Assembly (NCBI GenBank): GCA_963707365.1
Contig: CAVPPI010000001.1
Coordinates: forward strand, 39,257 to 103,256
DNA length: 64,000 bases
Origin: an uncultured candidate division Zixibacteria bacterium
GTDB lineage: Bacteria > Zixibacteria > MSB-5A5 > GN15 > FEB-12
Direction of reading: 5' to 3'
Positions 1-9,051 of this stretch are shown here, one piece after another. Position numbers and translations under genes: made by a program. The stretch's first letter is position 1. The number at the start of each line of letters is the position of its first letter. The notes beneath the pieces are model-generated. The model saw only the letters and a program-made list of their open reading frames with translations. It was not told the DNA's origin and made no database searches.

Positions 1-58
1 CATGCCTTTCGGCACTGGATCCTAAGTCCAGCGCGTCTGCCAATTCCGCCACTTTCGC
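1..58 (-). tRNA. tRNA-Leu (anticodon UAG), 5' portion only; the 3' end lies outside the window
   Basis: The reverse complement of 1-58 reads GCGAAAGTGGCGGAATTGGCAGACGCGCTGGACTTAGGATCCAGTGCCGAAAGGCATG. It shows an acceptor strand, a class-II D-arm, anticodon stem CTGGA/TCCAG with loop CTTAGGA, and the start of a long variable arm. Confidence 0.85.
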
Positions 59-177
59 AATTTAGCCAACCAATATAGCCCTGCCTAAAATCTAAGTCAA
101 GTATGGCTTTTGGGGCGAAAAGGCGGGGCTTTAGCACGGCAGCGGGGGATGTTTTACGCAAAAAAGCAGGCGATTGT

Positions 178-329
178 GGTGGGTCCGTCTTCGAACCCGC
201 CATGTCAGATCGAAGCTCCGGGTGCCCCACAGCTTCAAAGCAGGTCAAGGCTCGGATTCGTAGGGCGGGTCCGTCTTCGAACGCGCCACGTCAGATCGAA
301 GCTCCGGGTGCCCCACAGCTTGCTGTGGG
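178..329. repeat. Left REP array: two composite units (178-235 and 264-329, 86-nt period)
   Basis: Each unit has hairpin GG(T/C)GGGT-CCGTCTTCGA-AC(C/G)CGCC, then linker CA(T/C)GTCAGATCGAAGCTCCG, then GGTGCCCCACAGCTT. The second unit carries the complete palindrome CCCACAGC-TT-GCTGTGGG. Confidence 0.85.
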
Positions 330-352
330 TTGCTGCTCACTAGCAGACAAAG

Positions 353-832
353 TCATCCATGGCAATTGGAACGTCTCTCTCCGAGATACCACCTGTAACT
401 CGACCATCTCCAATCTTCGGGCATTGATACCAGACACCGGCGAACGGGGTTGAGGTGGCAGTAGTTGATCTTCTCCATGATGGTTGACTGTGTCCGGCAA
501 TTGTGGTCATAACATCGTTTCATCCAGAAAACACGCCCGGTCGCCAACTCGCCGTGGCCCGAGGCGAAGTAGTCTCGGGCCATCTTAGATTTAATTTCTC
601 TGATTACCAGTCCCAACTTCATACCATCAGGAGGCAACAATACCAGATGAACATGTTCAGGCATGAAAACGTAAGCAAGTAGCTTGAATCTGTATTTCGT
701 TCGGGCTAGTGATAGATGTCGCGATAACAGTTCTGCTGCTTCCGGGATGGTCAGATATGCCTGTCGACGGTGACAACTGAAAGTCACAAATCGAGCGGTT
801 CCGAGGTTATCGAAATGCCTAAGTTTTGTCAT
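353..832 (-). CDS. REP-associated tyrosine transposase (RAYT; IS200-like Y1/HUH transposase family)
   Basis: This is a 159-aa ORF with HUH motif in MPEHVHLVLLP and catalytic-Tyr context KINYCHLNPVRR...DWRWSSY. It is flanked on both sides by inverted REP hairpins. Confidence 0.85.
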   Translation of the reverse strand: MTKLRHFDNLGTARFVTFSCHRRQAYLTIPEAAELLSRHLSLARTKYRFKLLAYVFMPEHVHLVLLPPDGMKLGLVIREIKSKMARDYFASGHGELATGRVFWMKRCYDHNCRTQSTIMEKINYCHLNPVRRCLVSMPEDWRWSSYRWYLGERRSNCHG

Positions 833-855
833 AAGTCGTTTCCTCCAGTTTTACC

Positions 856-991
856 CCCACAGCAAGCCGTGGTATGCTTGAGTTTTTGCTTGAGTGTGAA
901 GAACCCACAGCAAGCTGTGGGGCACCCGATTGGCACCCAGGTTTTGCCTGATTGTGAAGAACCCACAGCAAGCTGTGGGGCACCCGATTGG
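856..991. repeat. Right REP array, opposite orientation to the left array
   Basis: There is a degenerate CCCACAGCAAGCCGTGG at 856-872. Two identical 39-nt units TGTGAAGAACCCACAGCAAGCTGTGGGGCACCCGATTGG follow at 895-933 and 953-991 (58-nt period). Confidence 0.85.
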
Positions 992-1056
992 AAAAGTCTC
1001 GACACGGCCTTAAGATTGTTGTGGTAAGTGACAAGTGATGTCAGTCTTTTTGAAAT

Positions 1057-1080
1057 GGCGGGTTCGAAGACGGACCCGCC
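1057..1080. repeat. Second-class hairpin (GGCGGGT-TCGAAGACGG-ACCCGCC), inverted copy of the hairpin in the left array
   Basis: This is the reverse complement of the 264-287/178-201 hairpin. Another copy lies at 27705-27729. Confidence 0.8.
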
Positions 1081-1098
1081 CTGCGGGGACTCGCAACC

Positions 1099-1866
1099 TT
1101 ATAGCCCGATAAGGTCACGCAGACCCAGCAGAAACGCTGAGGCGATAATTAACACTGCTATCAGCATCCATCGGGCAAATACAGCGCCGCGCTTGACAGC
1201 CATCCGCGAGGCAACCCACGCACCCAGCATGTTGCCGATTCCGAGGATAAGTCCCGCATACCACTGGACATGGCCGTTGTAGATGAAGACCGCCAGGGCA
1301 ATCGGGGTGAAACAGAGCACAATGAGCAGCTTGACCGCATTGGCGCGGACCAGTTCATAGCCGGCGCTGAGTACCAGTCCAGCCAGAAGGAAAATACCAA
1401 CACCCGCCTGAATGAAGCCGCCGTGGATACCGATGGCGAAAAAGATCAACATCTGAACCCAACCCGGCCGGTTTTTCAGTCGTTCGGGGCGACCTTCGAG
1501 CCACCTGCGCGGACGCGCCAGAACGATTGCCAGCATCACCAGCATCAGCACACCGATTGCGCGGCGCATCATTTGTTCATCGAGACTTACAGCTATCTGC
1601 GCACCCACAAGAGCGCCAATCACTGCTGGAACGGCGAGGATCAGACCGCGACGGACATCGAGCACTTTCTGCTGGCCGAAACTTCCCACCGCGACAGCGT
1701 TTTGCATGATGATGGCGATACGATTGGTGCCGTTGGCAATGTTGGCCGGTAGGCCCAGAAAGATGAGCATGGGAAGGGTGATGAGCGAGCCGCTTCCGGC
1801 GAAAGTGTTGATGAAGCCGGCCAGGAATCCGGCGGCGATGACGAGCGGGTAGAGATAGAGTTCCAT
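1099..1866 (-). CDS. TauE/SafE (TSUP) family anion-exporter membrane protein
   Basis: The 255-aa polytopic membrane ORF has a family-typical N-terminus: LAGFINTFAGSGSLITLPMLIFLGLP...ANGTNR. Confidence 0.75.
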   Translation of the reverse strand: MELYLYPLVIAAGFLAGFINTFAGSGSLITLPMLIFLGLPANIANGTNRIAIIMQNAVAVGSFGQQKVLDVRRGLILAVPAVIGALVGAQIAVSLDEQMMRRAIGVLMLVMLAIVLARPRRWLEGRPERLKNRPGWVQMLIFFAIGIHGGFIQAGVGIFLLAGLVLSAGYELVRANAVKLLIVLCFTPIALAVFIYNGHVQWYAGLILGIGNMLGAWVASRMAVKRGAVFARWMLIAVLIIASAFLLGLRDLIGL

Positions 1867-1925
1867 AGTGTTAGATGGAAGATACGCAAAAGAATTTTGA
1901 AGGGAAAGGAAATGTTGTGGGGGGA

Positions 1926-2159
1926 TTATGAAAGCTTATTCAAATCCTCAACGAAGTTCGCAACGTCCTCGTCGGTGAAGCCTTTGTTTTTGGCGGCTTC
2001 TTCGAGGGTACCCCAGATTGGTTCACCACATAAGATACAAACGATACCGTGTTTCATCAGGTATTTGATAGCCTGCGGCAATTGTTCTACGAGGTCTTCA
2101 ATGAGAATGTCTTTAGTGATGGGCATATTCGAATATATGATAATTTTGTGTGCGCGCAA
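1926..2159 (-). CDS. DUF1858 (hybrid-cluster-protein-associated redox disulfide) small protein
   Basis: The motifs ITKDILIEDLVEQLPQAIKYLMKHGIVCILCGEPIWGTLEEAA are present. The start may be the internal ATG at 2126 (MPITKD). Confidence 0.65.
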   Translation of the reverse strand: MRAHKIIIYSNMPITKDILIEDLVEQLPQAIKYLMKHGIVCILCGEPIWGTLEEAAKNKGFTDEDVANFVEDLNKLS

Positions 2160-2226
2160 CTGCCGCTATCCCTCAAGATGAAACCCGCAAGGCGGGCGAT
2201 TATGGTTGATTTTGACTTGAACTCAG

Positions 2227-3468
2227 GTGTATAATGATTCGGTGCGATATGAAACGTTTATAGCCCGTCGATATCTCAGGTCCGGACGGTTCTTTGTATC
2301 TGTCTCGACCTGGATCACCATCCTGGGCGTCACTCTGGGCGTGGCGGTAGTCTGTTTTGTGATGTCGATGCACAACGGGTTCGAGTCCGAGATTCGATCC
2401 CGCCTGCTCGGTACCACCTCGCACATCTCAATATTCCCCCTCAGAGGCCAATTAATCGACAACTACTACGATTTGGTCGATACATTGGAGGCTATCGATG
2501 GTGTCGCGGCGGTATCACCGTTTATATACTACAAAGCGGCGATAGCCTCGGCCTCGCAAGGTGATGGTATCATAATCCGGGGCATCGATCCGGAAATGGA
2601 AGCGCGCACCTCGACCATTGCGGGGGATATCGTGGCCGGTGAGTATGATTTCAAGGATGTGGTACTCGATGATGATACCATTCCGGGTATGGTTATCGGA
2701 GCAACACTGGCCGACCGGCTGGGAGTGTTTTTAGGTGAGTCGGTCGTTTTGTATTCGCTGAAGGGGGAAGACCTCCACCGCAATACCCGTCCGCGCGTGG
2801 CCAAATTTTATATTTCAGGGATTTTCGAGACAGGGCTTTACGAGTTCGATGTTCAACTGGCCTATATATCGCTGAAATCGGCTCAACATCTGTTCAAGAC
2901 AGGCGATGCCGTTACGGCGGTTCATTTGAGGCTGGACGATATTTTCATGGCGGAACAAATGACGCCGGTAATCGATTCGGCGCTGGGGCACCGCTACGAT
3001 GTTGTGCCGTGGAATGTGCTTCATCAGAACCTGTTCGGATGGATCGCGTTCGAGAAATTGATTCTGTTTCTGGGCTTTATTCTGATTGTTCTCGTGGCGG
3101 CATTTTCGATTATTTCGACTCTGGTTATGCTGACCATGCAAAAGCGCTCGGAAATCGGCATCCTCAAGACTATCGGTTCGACCCCGGGTTCGATCCGTAA
3201 GATATTCGTGTTTAACGGCTTAACAATTGGAATGGTGGGCGTTATCGGGGGCTGGATTATCGCCATGATTGCGGCCTATATTCAAAACCGGTTTGAGGTG
3301 ATTTCGCTGCCGCCGGACATTTATTTCATTAGTTATTTACCCATTGAAATCCATTGGTTAGATTTTATCGGAACGGGTATTGCGACATTTATTATCTGCT
3401 TTTTCGCGGCTCTTTATCCGGCTTACCAGGCGGCGCGGGTATCGGTGATAGATGTCCTGAGGAAATGA
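2227..3468 (+). CDS. LolC/LolE-family lipoprotein-releasing ABC permease (FtsX fold)
   Basis: The N-terminus is RYETFIARRYLRS, followed by a MacB-type periplasmic domain and a C-terminal FtsX-like 3-TM bundle. The family-typical start would be GTG 2242 (MRYETFIARRYL). Confidence 0.85.
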   Translation: MYNDSVRYETFIARRYLRSGRFFVSVSTWITILGVTLGVAVVCFVMSMHNGFESEIRSRLLGTTSHISIFPLRGQLIDNYYDLVDTLEAIDGVAAVSPFIYYKAAIASASQGDGIIIRGIDPEMEARTSTIAGDIVAGEYDFKDVVLDDDTIPGMVIGATLADRLGVFLGESVVLYSLKGEDLHRNTRPRVAKFYISGIFETGLYEFDVQLAYISLKSAQHLFKTGDAVTAVHLRLDDIFMAEQMTPVIDSALGHRYDVVPWNVLHQNLFGWIAFEKLILFLGFILIVLVAAFSIISTLVMLTMQKRSEIGILKTIGSTPGSIRKIFVFNGLTIGMVGVIGGWIIAMIAAYIQNRFEVISLPPDIYFISYLPIEIHWLDFIGTGIATFIICFFAALYPAYQAARVSVIDVLRK

Positions 3469-3572
3469 GGCCCGTGAAAAGAGGCCTTTTAGCTAAAACT
3501 TTGTCCTAATCTGGCGAAAATAGTACTATAGCAGGCCAGATAGGACAGCAACGAAATCGGAGTTTCAAAATC

Positions 3573-4265
3573 TTGATTGGTGCAAACGAAAGCATTTTGT
3601 CGGCCAAGGACATACATCGCGAATTTCGCACAGCCAGTGCTGTTCTGCCGGTGCTCACAGGTGTCAATCTGGACATCAGTCGGCGTCAAACAGTGGCTGT
3701 AACAGGAGCATCGGGTGTAGGAAAGTCGACTTTGCTGCACATTCTCGGAGGTTTGGACCGTCCTACTAAGGGAGAGGTGTGGTTGGGCGGTATGTCTCTG
3801 TCCGGGCAATCGGAGAAGTCACTGGCGATATTTCGAAACGAGAAGATTGGATTCGTGTTTCAATTTCACTACTTGCTCGAAGATTTCACTGCCCTTGAGA
3901 ACGTTATGATCCCGTTGCTGGTGGCCGGTGTCAGGAAAACTGACGCTGTCGGCAAGGGGGAACTGTTGCTGGAGCAGGTAGGTTTAAAAGATAGAGCGGA
4001 GCATCGTCCGCACCAGTTATCGGGAGGTGAACAACAACGAGTAGCCGTCGCACGGGCGCTGGCCAACAACCCTGATATTGTGCTTGCCGATGAACCATCG
4101 GGGAACCTCGATACGGCCACCGGCCGCAGACTGCATGAACTGCTGTTTGACCTGAATTCCCAGCAGGGTATTACTTTTCTGATAGCGACGCACAATCAGG
4201 AACTGGCCGCACGGTGTGATCGTAATCTGACAATTGTCGACGGAGCTATTCGCGACATAGTGTGA
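3573..4265 (+). CDS. lolD: Lipoprotein-releasing ABC transporter ATP-binding protein
   Basis: It has Walker A GASGVGKST, signature LSGGEQQRVAVARAL and Walker B IVLADEP. It lies directly downstream of the LolC/E permease. Confidence 0.85.
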   Translation: MIGANESILSAKDIHREFRTASAVLPVLTGVNLDISRRQTVAVTGASGVGKSTLLHILGGLDRPTKGEVWLGGMSLSGQSEKSLAIFRNEKIGFVFQFHYLLEDFTALENVMIPLLVAGVRKTDAVGKGELLLEQVGLKDRAEHRPHQLSGGEQQRVAVARALANNPDIVLADEPSGNLDTATGRRLHELLFDLNSQQGITFLIATHNQELAARCDRNLTIVDGAIRDIV

Positions 4266-4280
4266 AAAAGGTGATGAGAT

Positions 4281-4811
4281 ATGTTGTGTCAGGACTGTAA
4301 AAAACGTGAAGCCCATGTCCATCTGACTCAGATTGTCAACAATGAGAAGATGACCCTGTCGCTCTGCAAAGAGTGTGCGGCGGCACGCGGGTTTCACTCT
4401 CCTTTAGATAATGTGCCGTTCCCGCTGGCGGAGATATTGTCGGGGTTAGCTGCGACAACGCCGGCGGCAACCAAGGCCGAACAGCGCGAAACTATCACCT
4501 GCCCGACCTGCGGTCTGACATTTGATACATTTACGACGCAGGGAAGGTTCGGATGTGGTGATTGCTACGGTGCGTTCCGCAACCGTCTTGAACCGATAAT
4601 GAGAAAAATTCACGGGGCGTCGTTGCATCGCGGGCGCGGACCCGAAATCAAAGCCGGGGAAGGCGAAACGGGAGCTTCGATGTCGGTGCGCGAGGGAGAA
4701 CGGCTCGAGATAGAGTTGAAGAAAGCTATTGAGGCGGAAGATTTCGAGCGCGCCGCCGAACTGCGTGATAAACTGAAAACACACAGAGAATCGATATCCG
4801 AGGATAAATGA
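4281..4811 (+). CDS. mcsA: McsA-like protein-arginine kinase activator (four CxxC zinc-finger pairs plus UVR motif)
   Basis: The CxxC pairs are CQDC, CKEC, CPTC and CGDC, and the C-terminal UVR-like motif is AIEAEDFERAAELRDKLK. It lies immediately upstream of mcsB. Confidence 0.8.
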   Translation: MLCQDCKKREAHVHLTQIVNNEKMTLSLCKECAAARGFHSPLDNVPFPLAEILSGLAATTPAATKAEQRETITCPTCGLTFDTFTTQGRFGCGDCYGAFRNRLEPIMRKIHGASLHRGRGPEIKAGEGETGASMSVREGERLEIELKKAIEAEDFERAAELRDKLKTHRESISEDK

Positions 4812-4822
4812 GAGGTTAGAGA

Positions 4823-5890
4823 TTGGGCACGATGTTTGACGATATGGCAAAAACTCCGGCGGCCTGGCTTTCAGGCGAAGGTAATGAATCGCTGGTAGTT
4901 CTTTCCACCAGGGTCAGGCTGGCACGAAATATTGCCGGATGCGGCTACCCTGAGTCGGCCGATCAAGAGACTCGCAAGAGGATCATCAACTACTTTGATT
5001 CCTGTCTGGCGCGGTCCAAGATGCTTGCGGCAGGCGCATATTACAAAGCTTCCGATGTCGACGAGCTCGACCGGAATTTCCTCATCGAGCGCCATCTCAT
5101 TTCACCGGCGTTTCTCAACGGTGAGGCGTTCAAGGCACTTTTTGTAGATCCCGATGCCCGGGTTTCGATAATGGTCAATGAGGAAGACCATCTGCGCATT
5201 CAGGCTCTTGCCTCAGGGATGGATCCGAAAGGCGCCTACGAACTGGCTATCAAGTATGAAGATGAAGTTGGACGTTATCTGGAATTCGATTATGACCGCG
5301 ATTTCGGTTACCTGACAGCCTGTCCGACCAATGCCGGAACGGGCATGCGCGCCTCGGTTCTGATACACCTGCCGGGCCTGGTACTCACCCGTGAAATCGA
5401 AAAAGTTATATCCCACATCACCCGTAGCGGGTTGGTTGTGCGGGGATTTTACGGCGAAGGTTCCGATGTTCTGGGTAACCTGTTCCAGATATCCAATCAG
5501 AACACACTCGGTATCACCGAGGAAGAAATTTTGGGTCAGATCGAGCGCGTCACTACGGAGATCATAGAAAAGGAGGCTGCCGCCCGTCAGCGGCTGATGG
5601 ACGAAGCCGAGGACATGATTGAAGACAAGATCTGGCGCGCCTACGGAATTTTGAAACACGCCCGGGTCTTGACCTCCGATGAGGTAATGAACCTTCTTTC
5701 GGCCGTTCGCCTGGGCCATGCCATGAAGATTATCGACTTTTTGAATATAGCCTTGATTAACGATATTTTGCTGCTCTCACAGCCGGCGCATCTTCAGAAA
5801 TACTACGGCCATGAAATGGATGCTAATCGTAGGGATTTCGTTAGAGCGCAGATGGTTAGAGAGAAGCTCCGGGAGCAAAAGGAACCGTAG
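4823..5890 (+). CDS. mcsB: Protein arginine kinase McsB (ATP:guanido phosphotransferase family)
   Basis: It has the catalytic-domain motifs NEEDHLRIQ and CPTNAGTGMRASV, and sits between mcsA and clpC. Confidence 0.85.
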   Translation: MGTMFDDMAKTPAAWLSGEGNESLVVLSTRVRLARNIAGCGYPESADQETRKRIINYFDSCLARSKMLAAGAYYKASDVDELDRNFLIERHLISPAFLNGEAFKALFVDPDARVSIMVNEEDHLRIQALASGMDPKGAYELAIKYEDEVGRYLEFDYDRDFGYLTACPTNAGTGMRASVLIHLPGLVLTREIEKVISHITRSGLVVRGFYGEGSDVLGNLFQISNQNTLGITEEEILGQIERVTTEIIEKEAAARQRLMDEAEDMIEDKIWRAYGILKHARVLTSDEVMNLLSAVRLGHAMKIIDFLNIALINDILLLSQPAHLQKYYGHEMDANRRDFVRAQMVREKLREQKEP

Positions 5891-5962
5891 GTGCAACAAT
5901 TTCCGGTTTGTGTTGTTAAACAAGGAAACAAGGGAATACAAAAACATAAAGGATTATAGACC

Positions 5963-8413
5963 ATGAATGAGATGTTTACCGAAGCTGCCCGAAAAGCGAT
6001 TGAGTTCGCTCGCGACGAAGCTGCTCGCTTGAGGCATGACTATATCGGGACGGAGCATCTCTTGCTGGGTCTTATCCGGCTTGGCGAGGGTCGCGCAATA
6101 GATATCGTCACCAATTTGGGCCTCGATACAGCCGATCTTAAAGCCTCTATCGAAGAGGTGGTGCAGCCATCGGGTGGGACCATGACCATGGGCCAGTTGC
6201 CGCTTACGGCGCGGGCCAAGAAGACTCTCGAAGTCTCCGGTCAGGAAGCACGGGCGCTTAAGTCCAAGGATATCGACACCGAGCACATCCTTCTGGCTCT
6301 TCTCAAAGACGAAGAAGGTGTGGCGTCTCAGGTTCTATCCACTTATGAGATCGATTACAAAGAAGCTTACGAAGAACTTAAGAACGTTCAAAGCGGCAAG
6401 CCGTCTTCGTTTAAGAAGAAGCGCAAAAAATCCAAGACGCCGGCTCTTGATCACTTTGGACGCGATCTGACCGAACATGCCCGGCGCGGCAAGCTCGATC
6501 CTATCATCGGCCGCGAAGATGAAATCGAGCGCGTGGCGCAGATTCTATCCCGCCGCAAAAAGAACAATCCGGTTCTCATCGGTGAGCCGGGAGTCGGCAA
6601 GACGGCTATCGCCGAGGGTCTGGCCCAGCGCATCGTCGATAACAAAGTCCCGCAGACTCTGGAGAACAAGCGGGTTGTCACGCTCGATATGGCTTCTCTG
6701 GTTGCGGGGACCAAATATCGCGGCCAGTTCGAAGAACGCCTCAAGGCGGTGATGAATGAAATTATCAACGCCACCGATGTGATTATCTTTATCGACGAGC
6801 TGCACACTATCGTCGGCGCCGGCGGAGCCGAGGGTTCGCTGGATGCATCGAACATTTTCAAACCGTCGCTCTCGCGCGGCGAACTGCGGTGTATCGGCGC
6901 TACGACCATGAACGAGTATCGTAAGTATATCGAAAAGGACGGCGCCCTGGATCGCCGTTTCCAGACCGTGATGGTGGAGCCGCCTTCCGAAGAAGACACG
7001 ATTAAGATTCTCAAGGGTCTTCGGGTCAAATACGAAGAGCATCACAAGTTGATTATATCCGATGAGGCAATTGATGCCGCGGTTAAGCTTTCCAATCGCT
7101 ATGTATCCGGAAAATTCCAGCCGGACAAAGCGATCGATTTGATTGACGAAGCCGGTTCGCGGGCTCATCTGGCTACTTACACCCGGCCCGAAGAGTTTGC
7201 CACTATCGAGACCGCCATTACGGAGCTTCAGGAAAAGAAAGAGAAAGCTGTCAAGAACCAGGCATTCGAAACAGCGGCTCAGCTTCGTGATGAAATCAAA
7301 ATAAAGAAAGAAAAACTCGCCGATCTTCAGAAGAGCTGGGAAGAAACACGCAACAATGAGAAGGTCGTGCTCACCGCCGATGATGTCGCCACGGTTCTGG
7401 CCAAGATGACCGGTATTCCGCTCTTCCGCCTTGAGGAAAGCGAATCCAGACGTTTGGTCAGGATGGAAGACGAATTGAGAAAGTCTATCGTCGGGCAGGA
7501 AGATGCCATTCGCGTCATTTCGCAGTCGATTCGCCGGGCACGGGCCGGACTGTCTGATCCTCGCCGTCCGATAGGTACTTTCATATTCCTCGGACCCACC
7601 GGTGTCGGTAAAACGGAGTTGGCCCGGACACTGGCTAATTTCCTTTTCGAAGATGTCGATTCGTTAATCCGAATCGATATGTCGGAATACATGGAGAAAT
7701 TCGCGGTTTCACGTTTGATTGGCGCTCCTCCCGGCTATGTCGGTTATGAAGAGGGCGGTCAGCTTACCGAGAAAGTGCGGCGCAAACCGTATTCGGTGGT
7801 TCTGCTCGATGAGATCGAGAAGGCGCATCCGGATGTGTTCAACATCCTGCTGCAACTGATGGATGATGGCTCGTTGACCGATTCGTTCGGCCGCAAAGTT
7901 GATTTCAAGAACACCGTTCTGATTATGACATCCAATATCGGAACCCGGCAGCTCAGCGATAACAAGACTGTCGGCTTCGATTCTCAGGCGGTGGACGGTT
8001 CACACAGCACGATGAAGAAGAAGATTACGGACGAGCTCAAGAAGTTGTTCAATCCCGAACTTCTCAACCGTATCGACGAGACGGTGATTTTCCACTCCCT
8101 GGAACGTCATCACATCAAACAGATAATCGAGATTCTAATCACGGATATTGCCAAGCGGTTGGCGGAAAGAGGTATCAGCTTTAAGTTGACCGATGAAGCC
8201 AAGGAGTTCTTGACCGACAAAGGTTACGAACCGGCTTACGGCGCCCGTCCGCTCAAGAGAGCCTTGCAGAAATATCTTGAAGATCCGTTGGCTGAAGAGA
8301 TCCTTCGCGGTCAGTACGCCGGCGATTGCGACCTGATCATCGGCGCCGCCGAGGAAAATCTCACCTTCACGTTCAACGACAAGGAATCGACTCAGGAGAA
8401 AGTCACCAAGTAG
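5963..8413 (+). CDS. clpC: ATP-dependent Clp protease ATP-binding subunit ClpC
   Basis: It has Clp_N repeats, two AAA+ modules ([10 protein letters not shown] and [11 protein letters not shown]) and a UVR-type middle domain ([12 protein letters not shown]). The protein is 816 aa. Confidence 0.92.
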   Translation: MNEMFTEAARKAIEFARDEAARLRHDYIGTEHLLLGLIRLGEGRAIDIVTNLGLDTADLKASIEEVVQPSGGTMTMGQLPLTARAKKTLEVSGQEARALKSKDIDTEHILLALLKDEEGVASQVLSTYEIDYKEAYEELKNVQSGKPSSFKKKRKKSKTPALDHFGRDLTEHARRGKLDPIIGREDEIERVAQILSRRKKNNPVLIGEPGVGKTAIAEGLAQRIVDNKVPQTLENKRVVTLDMASLVAGTKYRGQFEERLKAVMNEIINATDVIIFIDELHTIVGAGGAEGSLDASNIFKPSLSRGELRCIGATTMNEYRKYIEKDGALDRRFQTVMVEPPSEEDTIKILKGLRVKYEEHHKLIISDEAIDAAVKLSNRYVSGKFQPDKAIDLIDEAGSRAHLATYTRPEEFATIETAITELQEKKEKAVKNQAFETAAQLRDEIKIKKEKLADLQKSWEETRNNEKVVLTADDVATVLAKMTGIPLFRLEESESRRLVRMEDELRKSIVGQEDAIRVISQSIRRARAGLSDPRRPIGTFIFLGPTGVGKTELARTLANFLFEDVDSLIRIDMSEYMEKFAVSRLIGAPPGYVGYEEGGQLTEKVRRKPYSVVLLDEIEKAHPDVFNILLQLMDDGSLTDSFGRKVDFKNTVLIMTSNIGTRQLSDNKTVGFDSQAVDGSHSTMKKKITDELKKLFNPELLNRIDETVIFHSLERHHIKQIIEILITDIAKRLAERGISFKLTDEAKEFLTDKGYEPAYGARPLKRALQKYLEDPLAEEILRGQYAGDCDLIIGAAEENLTFTFNDKESTQEKVTK

Positions 8414-8444
8414 TCGACGCTATTGATAAGACCGATAAAAGCAT

Positions 8445-8473
8445 ACAGCCGGATCAATTCCGGCTGTTTTGCT
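8445..8473 (+). terminator. Rho-independent terminator after clpC
   Basis: The stem is ACAGCCGGA/TCCGGCTGT (9 bp), the loop is TCAAT, and T residues follow. Confidence 0.7.
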
Positions 8474-8531
8474 GATATGGCCCATCGGCCGCAAGTTAAG
8501 TGGCTACAAAGTAACGAGTTACAATTTTTCA

Positions 8532-8559
8532 TTGCTTTTTTGTTCAGATTGGTTATAAT
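8532..8559 (+). promoter_or_regulatory. Candidate sigma-70-type promoter for rpmA
   Basis: TTGCTT is followed by a 16-nt spacer and TATAAT, about 65 nt upstream of the rpmA start. A GGAG Shine-Dalgarno lies just before the ATG. Confidence 0.4.
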
Positions 8560-8623
8560 TACAGGCTCTTGCGCCGACTAAATCGGCACGATTTGAAATA
8601 GGGAAAATTCGACGGAGTAAATT

Positions 8624-8890
8624 ATGGCACATAAAAAAGGTGTAGGTTCATCAAAGAACGGCCGCGACTCGAACGGACAACGACGAGGCACGAAAGTCTA
8701 CGGCGGTGAAACTGTCACGGCAGGTTCCATTCTCGTGCGCCAGTGCGGCACACCCATCAAACCCGGCTACAATGTCGGCATGGGTACGGACTGCACGCTG
8801 TTTGCCAAAGTCGACGGCGTGGTCAAGTACGAGCGCGTGGGACGCAGCGGCAAGAAAGTTTCCGTTTATGAACTGGAGACACAGGCTTAA
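8624..8890 (+). CDS. rpmA: 50S ribosomal protein L27
   Basis: The sequence begins [28 protein letters not shown] and is 88 aa long. Confidence 0.95.
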   Translation: MAHKKGVGSSKNGRDSNGQRRGTKVYGGETVTAGSILVRQCGTPIKPGYNVGMGTDCTLFAKVDGVVKYERVGRSGKKVSVYELETQA

Positions 8891-8924
8891 GCGGTCGTCT
8901 GATTGACAATACACAGAAGATTCA

Positions 8925-8960
8925 GGGTTGGTTGATTTGTTCACCAGCCCTTTCTTTTAT
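8925..8960 (+). terminator. Rho-independent terminator after rpmA
   Basis: The stem is GGGTTGGT/ACCAGCCC with one G-U pair and a 10-nt loop, followed by TTTCTTTTATT. Confidence 0.65.
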
Positions 8961-9051
8961 TAATCAGTTAAATTTTAATCTCCGGTTTGCTTGAAAAAGC
9001 CATAAAGCGATTGCGCTAACTTTTGAGCTACATATATTCACCCTTATCATA

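Larger units (their letters stand above)
178..1080 (-). mobile_element. REPtron-like unit: RAYT gene bracketed by inverted REP arrays and an outer inverted hairpin pair
   Basis: The architecture is read directly from the sequence, and the unit is adjacent to tRNA-Leu. Confidence 0.7.

Noticed and set aside
178-991. Regularly spaced repeats (86-nt and 58-nt periods; also a 163-nt period at 26257-26557) as a possible CRISPR array
   Set aside because: There are only 2-3 units per array. The 'spacers' are themselves conserved between units. The repeats are inverted across a transposase gene, and no cas genes are present. This is REP/BIME behaviour, not CRISPR.
103-1034. ORFs 103..453, 110..343, 291..500, 770..1027 and 819..1034 from the six-frame track
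   Set aside because: They read straight through the REP arrays, giving recurring 'GAPQLAVG'/'PTASCGAP' peptides that are translations of the palindrome. They overlap the RAYT gene or its flanks and have no independent coding support.
1057-1080. Hairpin containing GGTTCGAA as a tRNA T-arm fragment or att site
   Set aside because: The loop is 10 nt rather than a 7-nt T-loop, and there is no adjoining acceptor or anticodon structure. The 3' half of the neighbouring tRNA-Leu is outside the window, so an att-duplication cannot be tested.
3469-5962. CtsR operators (tandem GGTCAAA heptads) or a CIRCE element controlling mcsA-mcsB-clpC
   Set aside because: I saw no such motifs in 3469-3572, 4266-4280 or 5891-5962. 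Isolated GGTCAAA occurrences elsewhere (16.8 kb, 38.0 kb, 48.7 kb) are single copies unrelated to this operon.
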